Assembly (NCBI GenBank): GCA_048886685.1
Contig: JBHLKM010000006.1
Span: forward strand, 96,001 to 160,000
Source: Candidatus Hodarchaeota archaeon
Lineage (GTDB): Archaea > Asgardarchaeota > Lokiarchaeia > Sigyniarchaeales > SOKP01
DNA: 64,000 bases
Reading direction: 5' to 3'
Each line of letters opens with the position of its first letter. Positions within the stretch are counted from its first letter, which is position 1. This document shows positions 29,465 through 40,022 of this stretch, piece after piece. The position numbers and the translations under genes were made by a program. The notes below the pieces were generated by a model, which worked only from the letters and a program-made list of their open reading frames with translations, was not told where the DNA came from and searched no databases.

Positions 29465-32059
29465 TCATTCCATATTCGCTAATTCGTGATGCTTATTTGA
29501 AATTAACAACTTAGTTAGGATAATAATAAGTATCATAGGTACGATACCAATACCAAAAATGAAGTAAATTGTTAAACTGCCAATATTTGAAAATAAACCT
29601 CTTAAGAAAAGTTGTCCAACTGCATCTATTAAATAATGAGTAACCATACATGGGATTAGACTTTTAGTTTTGACATACATATATCCAAAAGCAATGCCTA
29701 AACAGCTAGCATATATTACCTGCATAGATATAAGATATAAATCTGGATTTCCCAGTAAGTTAATATAATGAAATAGGCCAAAAAGTATGCCATTAATTAT
29801 AACCGCATTTACTTGTGAATATTTCTTTAACTGCAGATTTAGAATAACTCCTCTGAATGAAATTTCTTCCCATATTCCAGGGATTAACATATAAATAAAA
29901 ACAAACCATCCTAAACCCGAATAAATGCTAGGATTGTTAAATACAGGTTCAGGATCAACTACCCAGGTTCCAAAAAGACTAGCAAATATCGCATTAGAAA
30001 AAATTAGTATTAATAAACTCCCACAAGCAAGTAATAGATTTCGCGTAAGAGGTTTAAATCTGCTTAAACCTATCGTTCGAGAGAAATCTTTAAAACTTTC
30101 CTTATTAGGGAGTTTCAATCCTAGTGGAACCGTTACTAGCCATAATAATGCAAAAAATCCAAAATCTAAAAAGAATATAAGGAAAAGTTGCACTAAAAAT
30201 GGAAAATTAGTAATAACTAGGGATATAAGAAATATAACGGGGATTGGTATAAAGAACCAAATAAAGTAAAGGGCTAATAAAGCGCTAGTGCCTGCATTTA
30301 CATGCTCCCTGAGAAATCCTCCAGTTTTGAATTCTGCAATTTTTTCAACTTTTGGAAACATTCGAGTAAATGCAAATATCAAAATTGATAACCCTGTTAA
30401 TCCCACGATCATGAAAGTTAACATTGTAACGTAAATATTAAAAATTAAAATTAATAAAACGCCCCCAGTTAGAATCGCAAAATATATTCCGAACTCAATC
30501 AAGATCATGAGTATCCATTTGCTAACTTTATGTTCTTTATGTAGCTCCTCAAGGATATATTTATATTTCATTTTCCCAAAGAAGTGAATTTTCAACTCAA
30601 ACATGACTAGCATCATACTCCAAGCGATCGGTAAAGTAACCACAAAAAGTACTACTACTAAAATTGAACTAGTTAACAATGTCAGAATAAGAGTTATAAA
30701 TGTGAGTGAAATTCCTTGGATTGAAAGCATCAAAACGATCTTTGCTTTTGCTTGATCTCGAGGGATTAAAGGTAATGATGCTTTTATAGAAGCGCCTGAC
30801 TCTTCAAGATTCAAAAATCCTACAATTAACATTGGTGGAATAAATAGATATATACCAACAACTGCAGACCACAATATAAGTATTCCCTCTATTGTGGTAA
30901 CCTCATTAATAATTGGCCCCTGTAAAGTAAAAACTAATACAAGAGGATAGAATATTGGGAAAAAGATAAACATAAAAGATTGCAGATCACGGGTAGTCGA
31001 AACTAAATCTTTCCGAATATATGCCTTTATTGTGGAAGTTGTTTTTATTTCAATAGGTATATCTTTTTTCTTTACCTTATTATCTATGATCTCAGTAGAA
31101 ATTGTGGTACGTAGAGCTCGTTGAGCAAATATGAATAAAACCCATACCACAAGCATGAATAAAGCAAATCCTATAAGTGTACTAATGAATAATTCTATAG
31201 GAATTTGGTTTGGTATAGTAGTCAATACGAGTAAATACGCAGGAGCAAGTGCAAATGGAATTATACTTAAAATAATGTTTAAGATAATAGGCGGTTCGCT
31301 TGTTTTGAACATTATGACAAATCTATCAACAGCCCTAAAGCCAAAACTGAAAATTAATCCAGATCCAAAAGCAATTGTGAAATAACCTAACATAGTTATT
31401 ATTCTAATTAAATTCACTCTTTTCGATTTACCTTTTGATTCTGAGAAGAGGAAACTTAATTTTTCCCCTATAATAACAAGTAAACTAAAATTGAAAACAA
31501 CATTAAGAATAGATACTAAGAGTGAAGTAATAAATATAAAGAAATTCTGAGTGCCAATAAACATTATAATTGGAAATGCAGCGATTGATATAATTAGCGG
31601 GATGTCAAGATTTCGAAATAAAGTCATTAAACCAATCTTTCTAATATCCTTTTTGGAGAATGGGAGCGTTTGTAGCCATTTAAAGGAGTTCCCTGACATG
31701 AATGAGCTAGTTGAAACCATCCCAAACATTATCATATATAAAAAAGTTATACCAAAATAAATTCCAAACATAAAACTAGATATAAAAGCGATTGAATTTG
31801 CTGCATAGGAACCAATAGAACGTTCAATTTCAAAGTAAGTAGCTAGTGGTAAAAAAGGAAAAAAAACAAAAAGGAACCCGAAAACTAATTTAAGAGCTAA
31901 AAACTGATTTCTTATATAATTCTTATTTCTCTTAAATTTTTCTAACAGCCTTGCTTGATGAGCACCAGCACTTGCTATCTGCCCTTCCATTAAGATTTCA
32001 TGTGCTGCAAACTTAGCTAATGAATAGAAAGATTTTTGATTTTTATCTTTCATAGGCAA
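29465..32059 (-). CDS. ABC-2-type permease fused to C-terminal CPBP/Abi protease
   Basis: Polytopic; downstream of ABC ATPase; C-term EEISFRG, FGLFHY, HYLID. Confidence 0.75.
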   Translation of the reverse strand: MPMKDKNQKSFYSLAKFAAHEILMEGQIASAGAHQARLLEKFKRNKNYIRNQFLALKLVFGFLFVFFPFLPLATYFEIERSIGSYAANSIAFISSFMFGIYFGITFLYMIMFGMVSTSSFMSGNSFKWLQTLPFSKKDIRKIGLMTLFRNLDIPLIISIAAFPIIMFIGTQNFFIFITSLLVSILNVVFNFSLLVIIGEKLSFLFSESKGKSKRVNLIRIITMLGYFTIAFGSGLIFSFGFRAVDRFVIMFKTSEPPIILNIILSIIPFALAPAYLLVLTTIPNQIPIELFISTLIGFALFMLVVWVLFIFAQRALRTTISTEIIDNKVKKKDIPIEIKTTSTIKAYIRKDLVSTTRDLQSFMFIFFPIFYPLVLVFTLQGPIINEVTTIEGILILWSAVVGIYLFIPPMLIVGFLNLEESGASIKASLPLIPRDQAKAKIVLMLSIQGISLTFITLILTLLTSSILVVVLFVVTLPIAWSMMLVMFELKIHFFGKMKYKYILEELHKEHKVSKWILMILIEFGIYFAILTGGVLLILIFNIYVTMLTFMIVGLTGLSILIFAFTRMFPKVEKIAEFKTGGFLREHVNAGTSALLALYFIWFFIPIPVIFLISLVITNFPFLVQLFLIFFLDFGFFALLWLVTVPLGLKLPNKESFKDFSRTIGLSRFKPLTRNLLLACGSLLILIFSNAIFASLFGTWVVDPEPVFNNPSIYSGLGWFVFIYMLIPGIWEEISFRGVILNLQLKKYSQVNAVIINGILFGLFHYINLLGNPDLYLISMQVIYASCLGIAFGYMYVKTKSLIPCMVTHYLIDAVGQLFLRGLFSNIGSLTIYFIFGIGIVPMILIIILTKLLISNKHHELANME

Positions 32060-32067
32060 TTACCTCA

Positions 32068-32862
32068 TTAATTTTTCGCTTTAAAGGAAGCTCTAAGTTT
32101 CTTTACTATTTCATTGACTGAAGTATCTTGATCAGTCAATCGTAAGAAAACATCTTCTAGACTTGCACCTATTTTATTAGCTTGTTGACGGAGCTCTTCA
32201 ATTGTACCAATTCCTACCATCTTTCCTTTATTAATTATCCCTATTCGGTCACATAATTCTTGGGCAATTTCCATAATATGTGTAGAAAAAAGGACTGTTC
32301 CCCCGCTCTGGGTGTGAAGTTCCAAAATGGATTTAACAACTCTTACAGATTTCGCATCAAGACCCGCAATTGGTTCATCTAATATAAGTAAATCTGGTTC
32401 ATGAAGTATTGCAGCAATAATTTGTAATTTTTGTTTATTCCCATGAGATAGAGTTGCAATTAATTGATCATAATATTGAATTGCTTCCAGACTTTCCAGA
32501 TATTCCTTTGCAAGATTAGTAGTTTTATTTACATCTAAACCTCTAATAGATGCTACAAAATTAAAGAGGTCTCTTGGAGTTAGAGATTTGAAAATCAATG
32601 GTTCTTCACTAACATATCCTACACGCTGTTTAATTGCAACTTCATTTCGTTCGGGATTTAATCCAAATATACTCATTTCACCTTCATTTGGTTCAAGTAA
32701 TCCTAAAAGGAGTTTTATAGTAGTTGTTTTGCCAGCACCATTAGGTCCCAATAATCCAAAAACCTCTCCCTGATGAACTTTAAATGAGATGTCATCCACC
32801 GCTTTTACTTCCCCGAAAAATTTCTTCAAATTTTCAACTATAATTATTTCGTTATTATACAT
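32068..32862 (-). CDS. ABC transporter ATP-binding protein
   Basis: GPNGAGKTT, LSHG, LILDEP, STH. Confidence 0.95.
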   Translation of the reverse strand: MYNNEIIIVENLKKFFGEVKAVDDISFKVHQGEVFGLLGPNGAGKTTTIKLLLGLLEPNEGEMSIFGLNPERNEVAIKQRVGYVSEEPLIFKSLTPRDLFNFVASIRGLDVNKTTNLAKEYLESLEAIQYYDQLIATLSHGNKQKLQIIAAILHEPDLLILDEPIAGLDAKSVRVVKSILELHTQSGGTVLFSTHIMEIAQELCDRIGIINKGKMVGIGTIEELRQQANKIGASLEDVFLRLTDQDTSVNEIVKKLRASFKAKN

Positions 32863-33090
32863 ATTTATTCAACAAAATTGATTGCTTCTCATAAATCTTA
32901 TCTTTAAAGCTGATCATAATTTAATATATTTGTTTATATATCTACATATATTACTATATTTAAATATTATGGAACTCTAGAAAACTAAGAGAAAAAACAT
33001 TCTATATAGATATTACTAATATTGTATCAGTATATACAGATATATATAAACATGAACTCATCAAGACGTTAGGAGTTTTTTTAGTATAAT

Positions 33091-34026
33091 TCAATCTTTT
33101 TTCTGATTTACAATCACAAATATAGATAAGATTACTAAAAGAATTCCAATTAAATGAAAAATTGTGAAACTCTCACCCAAAATAAGACTAGCAAATATGG
33201 CTGCAGTTATCGGTGTTGGGGCAAATATAGTACTTGCTTTAGAAACATCTAAATAAGAGAGTGTTTTATACCAACACACTAATCCAGAACCATAAACTGC
33301 CCCCATTATTAGATAAAAGAATAAATTGTCGGGATCAGACCATATTCTAATATCTATGGGAAAAAAAATAAGATATGTAATAATTAGAATAGAACCTGAA
33401 AGTAAATTCCTAATAAATACCATTTGGATAGGAGTGGCTTCTTTTTTATTAAAAATAGGTTTTGTCAACGTATGCCCAAACATCCATAAAAAAGAAATTG
33501 CTAATAATATTAGAACTCCGATAAAAATAGTAATATTAAATTCGACAAGTGAAAAAAATTGAGTAATTCCTATTGCTAAACCAAAAAATAATATAAAAGA
33601 AAATAATATTTGTAATTTTGTTATTTTTTCTTTAAGAATCAAGAATCCTAGAAGCATTGAAAAGAATACTGTTGTTTTTTGGGTTAAAGAGCCATTTATA
33701 GCACCAGCCATATCATATCCTATAAAGAAAAAGATTTGATTAACTCCAAAAATGAATCCTATGAAAATTAGTAGCCATAGATTATTTTTCCATCCCTGCA
33801 ATAGAGAAGGAGTACTTATATCATTGACTTGATTATTACCCTTGTTCCTTTTCACCTCTATTAACATCAAAGGAAAAAATAAAGCAGTTTCTACTAAACA
33901 AGTCATAGCAGCAGAGATATGAGCATTTAACATTGAAGGTTTTGAGATGGCAACAACAGGTTGCAATCCTACAAAAATTATCCCTATAAATCCAAATATT
34001 AATCCTTTTTTAGTATTATTAAGCAA
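33091..34026 (-). CDS. DMT/EamA family transporter
   Basis: Two EamA repeats (LGFLILKEKIT; LILGESFT). Confidence 0.85.
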   Translation of the reverse strand: MLNNTKKGLIFGFIGIIFVGLQPVVAISKPSMLNAHISAAMTCLVETALFFPLMLIEVKRNKGNNQVNDISTPSLLQGWKNNLWLLIFIGFIFGVNQIFFFIGYDMAGAINGSLTQKTTVFFSMLLGFLILKEKITKLQILFSFILFFGLAIGITQFFSLVEFNITIFIGVLILLAISFLWMFGHTLTKPIFNKKEATPIQMVFIRNLLSGSILIITYLIFFPIDIRIWSDPDNLFFYLIMGAVYGSGLVCWYKTLSYLDVSKASTIFAPTPITAAIFASLILGESFTIFHLIGILLVILSIFVIVNQKKD

Positions 34027-34222
34027 GTTAAATATACAAAGAAGTTTAAGGATTATAAAATTTTAGACTACAGAATTTAGTTCGAATTTTTAATCCCTTC
34101 TGGACGAAATGAAATATCTGTTTAATTAATACACTTCTTATAAAACTTTTTTTACTAGGAAAATTTAAGGAAGATTAAATGAATAAATAGACAAATAGCT
34201 TAAAATTTGGAAGTGTATAAAA

Positions 34223-35044
34223 ATTTCTGAAAATTACGCAATAATAACAAATAACCTCACTAAGAACTTCGGAAATGTTGTGGCTGTTAATAATTTAAAC
34301 TTAAAAATCCCTTATGGCTTAACATTTGGATTACTTGGTCCAAACGGAGCTGGAAAAACTACAACTGTAAGAATGTTAAATTCAATTATTTCACCAACAT
34401 CTGGAACTGCCAAAGTTATCGGTTATGATATTATCTCTCAAAGTCAACAAGTTAAAATCAATTCAGGATTCCTTCCTGAAACACCAGGATTATATCAGAA
34501 ATTAACAGCAAAAGAATTTTTAGAATTTGTTGGGGAGTTATATTATTTACCAAAAGAGATAATTACTAATCGAATAGATGAATTAATTGATCTTTTTGAT
34601 TTGGAAGGCCGTGAAAATGATCTCCTAGAAGGATATAGCAGAGGGATGAAACAAAAAGTGTGTTTATGCGCAGCTTTAATTCAAGATCCAAAAATTATTT
34701 TTTTAGATGAACCAACTTCAAATCTAGATCCTGCAGCATCAAGAATGGTTAAAGATTTAATATCTGATCTTGCTAAGAAAGCAGATAAAACTATCTTTAT
34801 TTGTACTCATCTTCTTGATGCGGCAGAAGAATTATGTGATTTAATAGGAATAATTGATAAGGGAGTAATAAAAGTAGAGGGGAGCCCAAAAGAAATAATA
34901 GAATCAACGCAAACAGAAGATCTGGAGGAAGCATATCTCAAAATAATGGGTGCTACTCGTATTGAAGATTTATTAGCTTGGAGGGAAGAACTTCCGGCAA
35001 ATCTTGAAGATAATAAAAAATCAAAAAAAAAGAAAAGAAACTGA
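34223..35044 (+). CDS. ABC transporter ATP-binding protein (probable ATT start upstream of the annotated GTG 34280)
   Basis: GPNGAGKTT, YSRGM, FLDEP; frame extends as (I)SENYAIITNNLTKNFGNVVAV. Confidence 0.9.
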   Translation: MSENYAIITNNLTKNFGNVVAVNNLNLKIPYGLTFGLLGPNGAGKTTTVRMLNSIISPTSGTAKVIGYDIISQSQQVKINSGFLPETPGLYQKLTAKEFLEFVGELYYLPKEIITNRIDELIDLFDLEGRENDLLEGYSRGMKQKVCLCAALIQDPKIIFLDEPTSNLDPAASRMVKDLISDLAKKADKTIFICTHLLDAAEELCDLIGIIDKGVIKVEGSPKEIIESTQTEDLEEAYLKIMGATRIEDLLAWREELPANLEDNKKSKKKKRN

Positions 35045-36656
35045 TAAGATTATAATGGTTCTCTGGAAATCAATAGCTAAGAATGAGATTAGGCTAAGAA
35101 CAAGCCTTTTTCGCAATAACAGAGTATTATTTTTCATTATTTTGTACAGTTTGCTACTAGTTTGGGCCTTTTTTCTGTGTCCAGCTATTTTTAATCTTTT
35201 TATGCCTACCTTAATGGATGTAATAGGTTCAGAAATCTTAAACGCTGTTTCTCTTTTAATTGAATTTGGTATGATGGCTTTATTTCTTTTTGTATTAATT
35301 TATCCGTTAAATACTGTATATAGAAAGACTGAAATTGGTTTTAAAGAAATTTTATTAGCATCTCCAGCTACCTCGGGGGATATATTTTTAGGTGAGTTTG
35401 TTGGAAAATTTCCTATTTATACCGCTATTATCCTAACTATAACACCTTTCATAATAGGTTTGCTGAATCCAATTATTAATCTTAATGCATTCCAATATAT
35501 TATCATATACATATGCATTTTTGTAATGATACTATTTGCTGCTCTACTTGGTTCTATTATTTCATCTTGGCTTGAACACAAAATCGCGAGAAATGAACGT
35601 GCTCGAGATTTAGGTAAGATTCTCATGTTTCTTCTTGCCATCGCAATGGTTGCAATAATTTATACTTTACAGTTTTTATTTAATTTTCTTATAAATAATC
35701 CACAATTAAGGAATTGGGTTAGCTTCTATCCTTCGATATGGTTTTCGAATATAATTTTGTATTTTATAGAACCAAGCCTGATAAACAGCTATATATTAAA
35801 TATATGGTACAGTAGTTTATTTGCTATAACTATTCCCGCCTTCATTCTATATATAGCTTATAAAAAAGCAGAAGGTTTTTTTACAGTAGAAGGTGGTGTT
35901 GAAAAGGTTACTTCTGTAATTGAAACAGAGAATCCATTCTATTTACTGATTAGAAGACTTACAGGTCATAAATGGGAAGGATTAATAATTACTCAATTAA
36001 AAGAATTTTTAAGAAAAAGAGAAACAATTATGAAAATCATTTATGTCTGTGGGATCGTAAGTGTTTTAGGAGTTGTTTTTACCTTTACTATGGGTACAGA
36101 AGAAATATTTGGTCAGTCTATGATTATCGTAATGCTTATTATCATAGGAGGAATTATGTATGGATTACTTTTTGGTAGTTATATTTTTGTTGGAACTAAA
36201 GATTTAATTTGGGTGTATAAAAGGAGTCCTAGGAATGTTCGGACATTAGTCTATTCATACATATTGGCGATGTTAATAATTGATACTCTAATGACATTAG
36301 GACTAACAATTTTCTTTACGATATTTTTTGAATTTAGTTTCTCCACAGTTATATTTTTCTTTGCTTTTTATTTAATCAATAATCAATTAGTAATATTTCA
36401 AGCTATTGGGATTCAGTGTTTAAGTCCCTCATTTGAAGAAAAAGGGCGAGCTATGACTACTAATAATTTAATGCTGATGGTTCTACAAATGGTTCCATTT
36501 CAATTTCTTTTTATGGTACTTATAATCGTTTTTACCCCACCTTCCTCTCCTGATCTTATGAAATTCTACTTTTTAAGTCCTATTTTGTTATTATCAGCAT
36601 CTATTGCTATTCCATTATTAATTTTTGGTATTAATAAAATAAGTAAAATTGAATAG
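35004..36656 (+). CDS. ABC-2-type permease
   Basis: Polytopic membrane protein adjacent to ATPase; start may be ATG 35055. Confidence 0.75.
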   Translation: MKIIKNQKKRKETDKIIMVLWKSIAKNEIRLRTSLFRNNRVLFFIILYSLLLVWAFFLCPAIFNLFMPTLMDVIGSEILNAVSLLIEFGMMALFLFVLIYPLNTVYRKTEIGFKEILLASPATSGDIFLGEFVGKFPIYTAIILTITPFIIGLLNPIINLNAFQYIIIYICIFVMILFAALLGSIISSWLEHKIARNERARDLGKILMFLLAIAMVAIIYTLQFLFNFLINNPQLRNWVSFYPSIWFSNIILYFIEPSLINSYILNIWYSSLFAITIPAFILYIAYKKAEGFFTVEGGVEKVTSVIETENPFYLLIRRLTGHKWEGLIITQLKEFLRKRETIMKIIYVCGIVSVLGVVFTFTMGTEEIFGQSMIIVMLIIIGGIMYGLLFGSYIFVGTKDLIWVYKRSPRNVRTLVYSYILAMLIIDTLMTLGLTIFFTIFFEFSFSTVIFFFAFYLINNQLVIFQAIGIQCLSPSFEEKGRAMTTNNLMLMVLQMVPFQFLFMVLIIVFTPPSSPDLMKFYFLSPILLLSASIAIPLLIFGINKISKIE

Positions 36657-36694
36657 AAAATTCTGATAATAAAATTTTGAAGCTAAAAGGAAAT

Positions 36695-38512
36695 TTATTT
36701 AGTAAATTGTCCAAACTGTGGAATTGTCTTTAATTGTTCTTTATCAAATATAGGACCATCTTTACAAACAGAAATGTCATTATCTGCACCTATACAACAA
36801 GAACCGCACAATCCTACCCCACATTTCATTTTTCTTTCAAGAGAAGCTTGAATTTCTATGTTTTTTGATTCAGCTAGGTCAAGTACTTTTTTCATCATAA
36901 CTTCTGGTCCGCATGTAATAATTAAATCAATATCATTACTAGCGAGGATGTCTTCAATTGTGTCTGTTACATAACATTTTCTTCCAAAAGAACCATCATC
37001 AGTACTACAAGTCGTATTTGGAATTAGTTCTATCAATCTATCTGCAAAGATTAAAGAGGCTTTATCTTGAGCTCCAATTGTTACAAACACATTTTTTCTA
37101 TTGAGTTTTAATGGTTTTATTAGTGATGTTATAGCTGCTATTCCCATACCTCCTCCGACAATAAGAATATTAGAAGCATCCTCATAATTCCATGAGTTTC
37201 CGAAAGGACCTCTTATCCCAATGCGATCACCTACATTAAGATCAAATAATTTCGCAGTACCTTCACCAATCTTCTGGACTGTAATTTCAATAAGATTCCC
37301 TTCTATATTAGAAATAGACATTGGCAAGAAATCTATATCTGGTAACCATAATATTACAAACATTCCTGGTCTATATGCTCGAGCAATTCTTTCATTCCTG
37401 ATTATAAAGCTTTTGATTTCTGGTGAATGTTCTATGATTGATTCAATTTCTACAATATCGGTTTTATTTCTTGTAATATCTAGTATCAAATCCTTATTAT
37501 CTATTGAAAGGCTTTTTGTCTCAAGAAAACCTTCCTCACAGCATAAATCAATAATTTCTTTTCCTCTTTCAGTTCTAATAATCAGAGTTTTCCAACCATC
37601 TTCACTTCCGATATTGCCCACTGAAATATCTGCAAAAGCAGATGTATAATCAGAACATGAAAAACAGGCACTTCGAATTGATTTCTCGTAAATATAATTT
37701 AATGGAATCTCCTTAATTCTAGAGTTAGTATGGATCTTTAGTTTAAATTTACTTTTGTCTGAATCAATTTTAATTATTTCATTAGTATTAATGTCATGCT
37801 CTTTAAAGCATTCAGTTAAAAGTTGGTTATAATAAGTCCCAAAACAGAAGGTTCCTATTGCCAATGAAATCAAATCATATGCTTCATAATCAAATATTGG
37901 ATGATTCTGTAATTTCCTTAATGCTTGTATTTGGCAAGGAGTGCCCACAACCGCGGTATTTATATATTCATTATTAATCGCTTCTCCTATTAATGATAAT
38001 GTGGGACTCTGGCTCGGTTTATATCCTATACCCTTGAATATCTCTTTTTGATCTTTTGCCACAATAGGAAATGGTACAAAATCTCCATCTTTATCGGTAA
38101 TTATTGCACAATCAATTAAGTTTGCTTTCATTGCGGTGAATAACAATGCGGTAATAGGACCTGCTTCAATAGGAAGGTTTTCCTTGGCTTTATTCGTTAA
38201 TTTTACAGATACTATGTTTAAATAGTGTCCTAATATCTTATCTTGCTCCTTACCAAATACCCATTTATCTAATAATGATACCGGTATTTGATCATTTCCT
38301 GTTTTTGGGCATAAATTGTAGCATAATCCGAACCCATCTCTACAAGTATTCGCATCCTTACATGAACCATCCTCAATAGGAATTTCCTTAGAAGGATCAA
38401 ATTTAATATTAGCACAAAACGCTCCACATGCCCCACAATACACACACTTCCCCGTTTTAATTATTTCAGATTCAAGTTCTTGCCATCCCTTTTTAATTTT
38501 CTCAATATACAT
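36695..38512 (-). CDS. Fusion of FrhB/FdhB F420-binding subunit and PyrK-like FAD/NAD-binding [2Fe-2S] electron-transfer subunit
   Basis: N: CVYCGAC, VVGTPCQ, IGTFC, CFSCSD..ADISVG; C: RGPFGN, GGGMG, TDDGS, CGPEVMM, ERKMKCGVGLCGSC, VCKDGP. Confidence 0.85.
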   Translation of the reverse strand: MYIEKIKKGWQELESEIIKTGKCVYCGACGAFCANIKFDPSKEIPIEDGSCKDANTCRDGFGLCYNLCPKTGNDQIPVSLLDKWVFGKEQDKILGHYLNIVSVKLTNKAKENLPIEAGPITALLFTAMKANLIDCAIITDKDGDFVPFPIVAKDQKEIFKGIGYKPSQSPTLSLIGEAINNEYINTAVVGTPCQIQALRKLQNHPIFDYEAYDLISLAIGTFCFGTYYNQLLTECFKEHDINTNEIIKIDSDKSKFKLKIHTNSRIKEIPLNYIYEKSIRSACFSCSDYTSAFADISVGNIGSEDGWKTLIIRTERGKEIIDLCCEEGFLETKSLSIDNKDLILDITRNKTDIVEIESIIEHSPEIKSFIIRNERIARAYRPGMFVILWLPDIDFLPMSISNIEGNLIEITVQKIGEGTAKLFDLNVGDRIGIRGPFGNSWNYEDASNILIVGGGMGIAAITSLIKPLKLNRKNVFVTIGAQDKASLIFADRLIELIPNTTCSTDDGSFGRKCYVTDTIEDILASNDIDLIITCGPEVMMKKVLDLAESKNIEIQASLERKMKCGVGLCGSCCIGADNDISVCKDGPIFDKEQLKTIPQFGQFTK

Positions 38513-38516
38513 AATT

Positions 38517-39113
38517 CTAATTATCCTCCTTTAAGCCTTTAATGAAGTCTTGCGCTTCTTTTTTTCCAAGTTCGAAAGCTTCCAAATTTTTATCTAGCGT
38601 AGAACTGGGTACGAATTTTTTTAAGGTCTCAATCGCAGATTCTTCAGAGATTATTCTTGAGAGGAATGTAAACGCCCCGAATAGGATTGAATTTCCAAAT
38701 ACAATATTCCCAAAATTCTCAACCGCTATTTTTTGAACAGGAATACTTAATGATTTTTGAATATTCTTCACTGCTCTAAATTTTTGAATTGTTGAGGGAT
38801 CCCAAATTAAATATCCCGTATTTTCATCTTTCTTTATAAAATCAGGACTAACTCTTGCAGCAGACTCACCAGAGAGAACTATTAAGAAATCATATGGTCT
38901 TAATGCTTTTGGATAATCGATATTTTCAATATTTTTATCTAATTCTACAACAACTTCCGCCCAGCAGCGACCTCCACGAGCAGAAGCACTGTAAGCTTCT
39001 GTTTGAGTAGCAGCTAAATTTTCATATATGGAAGCAGCAGTAATTATCATTTTTGAGAGAGTAATAACTCCCTGTCCTCCATATCCAGCTATGTGTATTT
39101 CATATCGCACCAT
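38517..39113 (-). CDS. 2-oxoacid:ferredoxin oxidoreductase gamma subunit
   Basis: AGYGGQG, YSASARGG, NLEAFELG. Confidence 0.88.
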   Translation of the reverse strand: MVRYEIHIAGYGGQGVITLSKMIITAASIYENLAATQTEAYSASARGGRCWAEVVVELDKNIENIDYPKALRPYDFLIVLSGESAARVSPDFIKKDENTGYLIWDPSTIQKFRAVKNIQKSLSIPVQKIAVENFGNIVFGNSILFGAFTFLSRIISEESAIETLKKFVPSSTLDKNLEAFELGKKEAQDFIKGLKEDN

Positions 39114-39116
39114 TTA

Positions 39117-40022
39117 TTACTTTCCCTCCATTGCAATTTTCTTAATCTTAGCATATTCTTCAGAATATTCTGGTTTGTGGGGATCATATCTAAATTCCCC
39201 TATAATATATTTATTTAGTAATTCTTCTTCTGACATGAATTTTGCTTGATTAATTCGAAGACTATTTCTTTTTATCCAATCAATCATAATTCCTGTGTTA
39301 TCCATTTTTTTACCTTGTATCCCCAAATATTCTTCTCCTAGACTATCTAGATTTTTTCTACCAAAATAAGTAACACACGGAGTCACTACTTCAATTATAG
39401 ACGTACCTTTATGCTTTAAGGCTTTTTTAAAATATTTCATCAGTGTACGTGGATGTGCAACTGTAGTTCTTGCGACATATGATGCACCAGCATCTAAAGC
39501 TAATTTTATGCCATCAATTCTATTTTCGAACATCTTATAAGGTGTGGTTGTGCTTGATGCACCATATAATGTTGTTGGGGCACCTTGTCCTCCTGTCATA
39601 CCATATATACTGTTATTAAAAACTAATATAACACAATCAAGGTTTCTGCGGCAAATGTGAATAAAATGATTTCCCCCAATTCCATAACAATCACCATCAC
39701 CAGTAAATACTATAGGTTTTAATTTAGGATTTGCCATTTTCATCCCGGTTGCTATTGGTGGTGCTCGACCGTGAAGTGTTAAAAACTTTTGAGAGGCATG
39801 ATGAACTAGAGTTAATAATTGACTATAACATCCAATCCCGATAATTAATGGGAATGTTTTAGGATCTAATTTTTCATCCTCAAAAACGCGAGTGAAAATA
39901 TGACCTATTATACCATAACCACATCCTGCACAAAATGCGGAGAAATAACCGCCCATTAATTTTCCTCCGAAAGAATATTGAACATACGGATTATCAGGCA
40001 TTTCTGTCGGATACCTTGACAC
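39117..40022 (-). CDS. 2-oxoacid:ferredoxin oxidoreductase beta subunit (TPP-binding)
   Basis: FCAGCG, GIGC, HGRA, GDGD...NNSIYGMTGGQ. Confidence 0.9.
   Translation of the reverse strand: MSRYPTEMPDNPYVQYSFGGKLMGGYFSAFCAGCGYGIIGHIFTRVFEDEKLDPKTFPLIIGIGCYSQLLTLVHHASQKFLTLHGRAPPIATGMKMANPKLKPIVFTGDGDCYGIGGNHFIHICRRNLDCVILVFNNSIYGMTGGQGAPTTLYGASSTTTPYKMFENRIDGIKLALDAGASYVARTTVAHPRTLMKYFKKALKHKGTSIIEVVTPCVTYFGRKNLDSLGEEYLGIQGKKMDNTGIMIDWIKRNSLRINQAKFMSEEELLNKYIIGEFRYDPHKPEYSEEYAKIKKIAMEGK

Noticed and set aside
39338-39350. CTAGA-TAG-TCTAG hairpin within an apparent insertion in the beta subunit, similar to the intron stem
   Set aside because: Flanks cannot form a 4-bp central helix with two 3-nt bulges, and the frame is intact.
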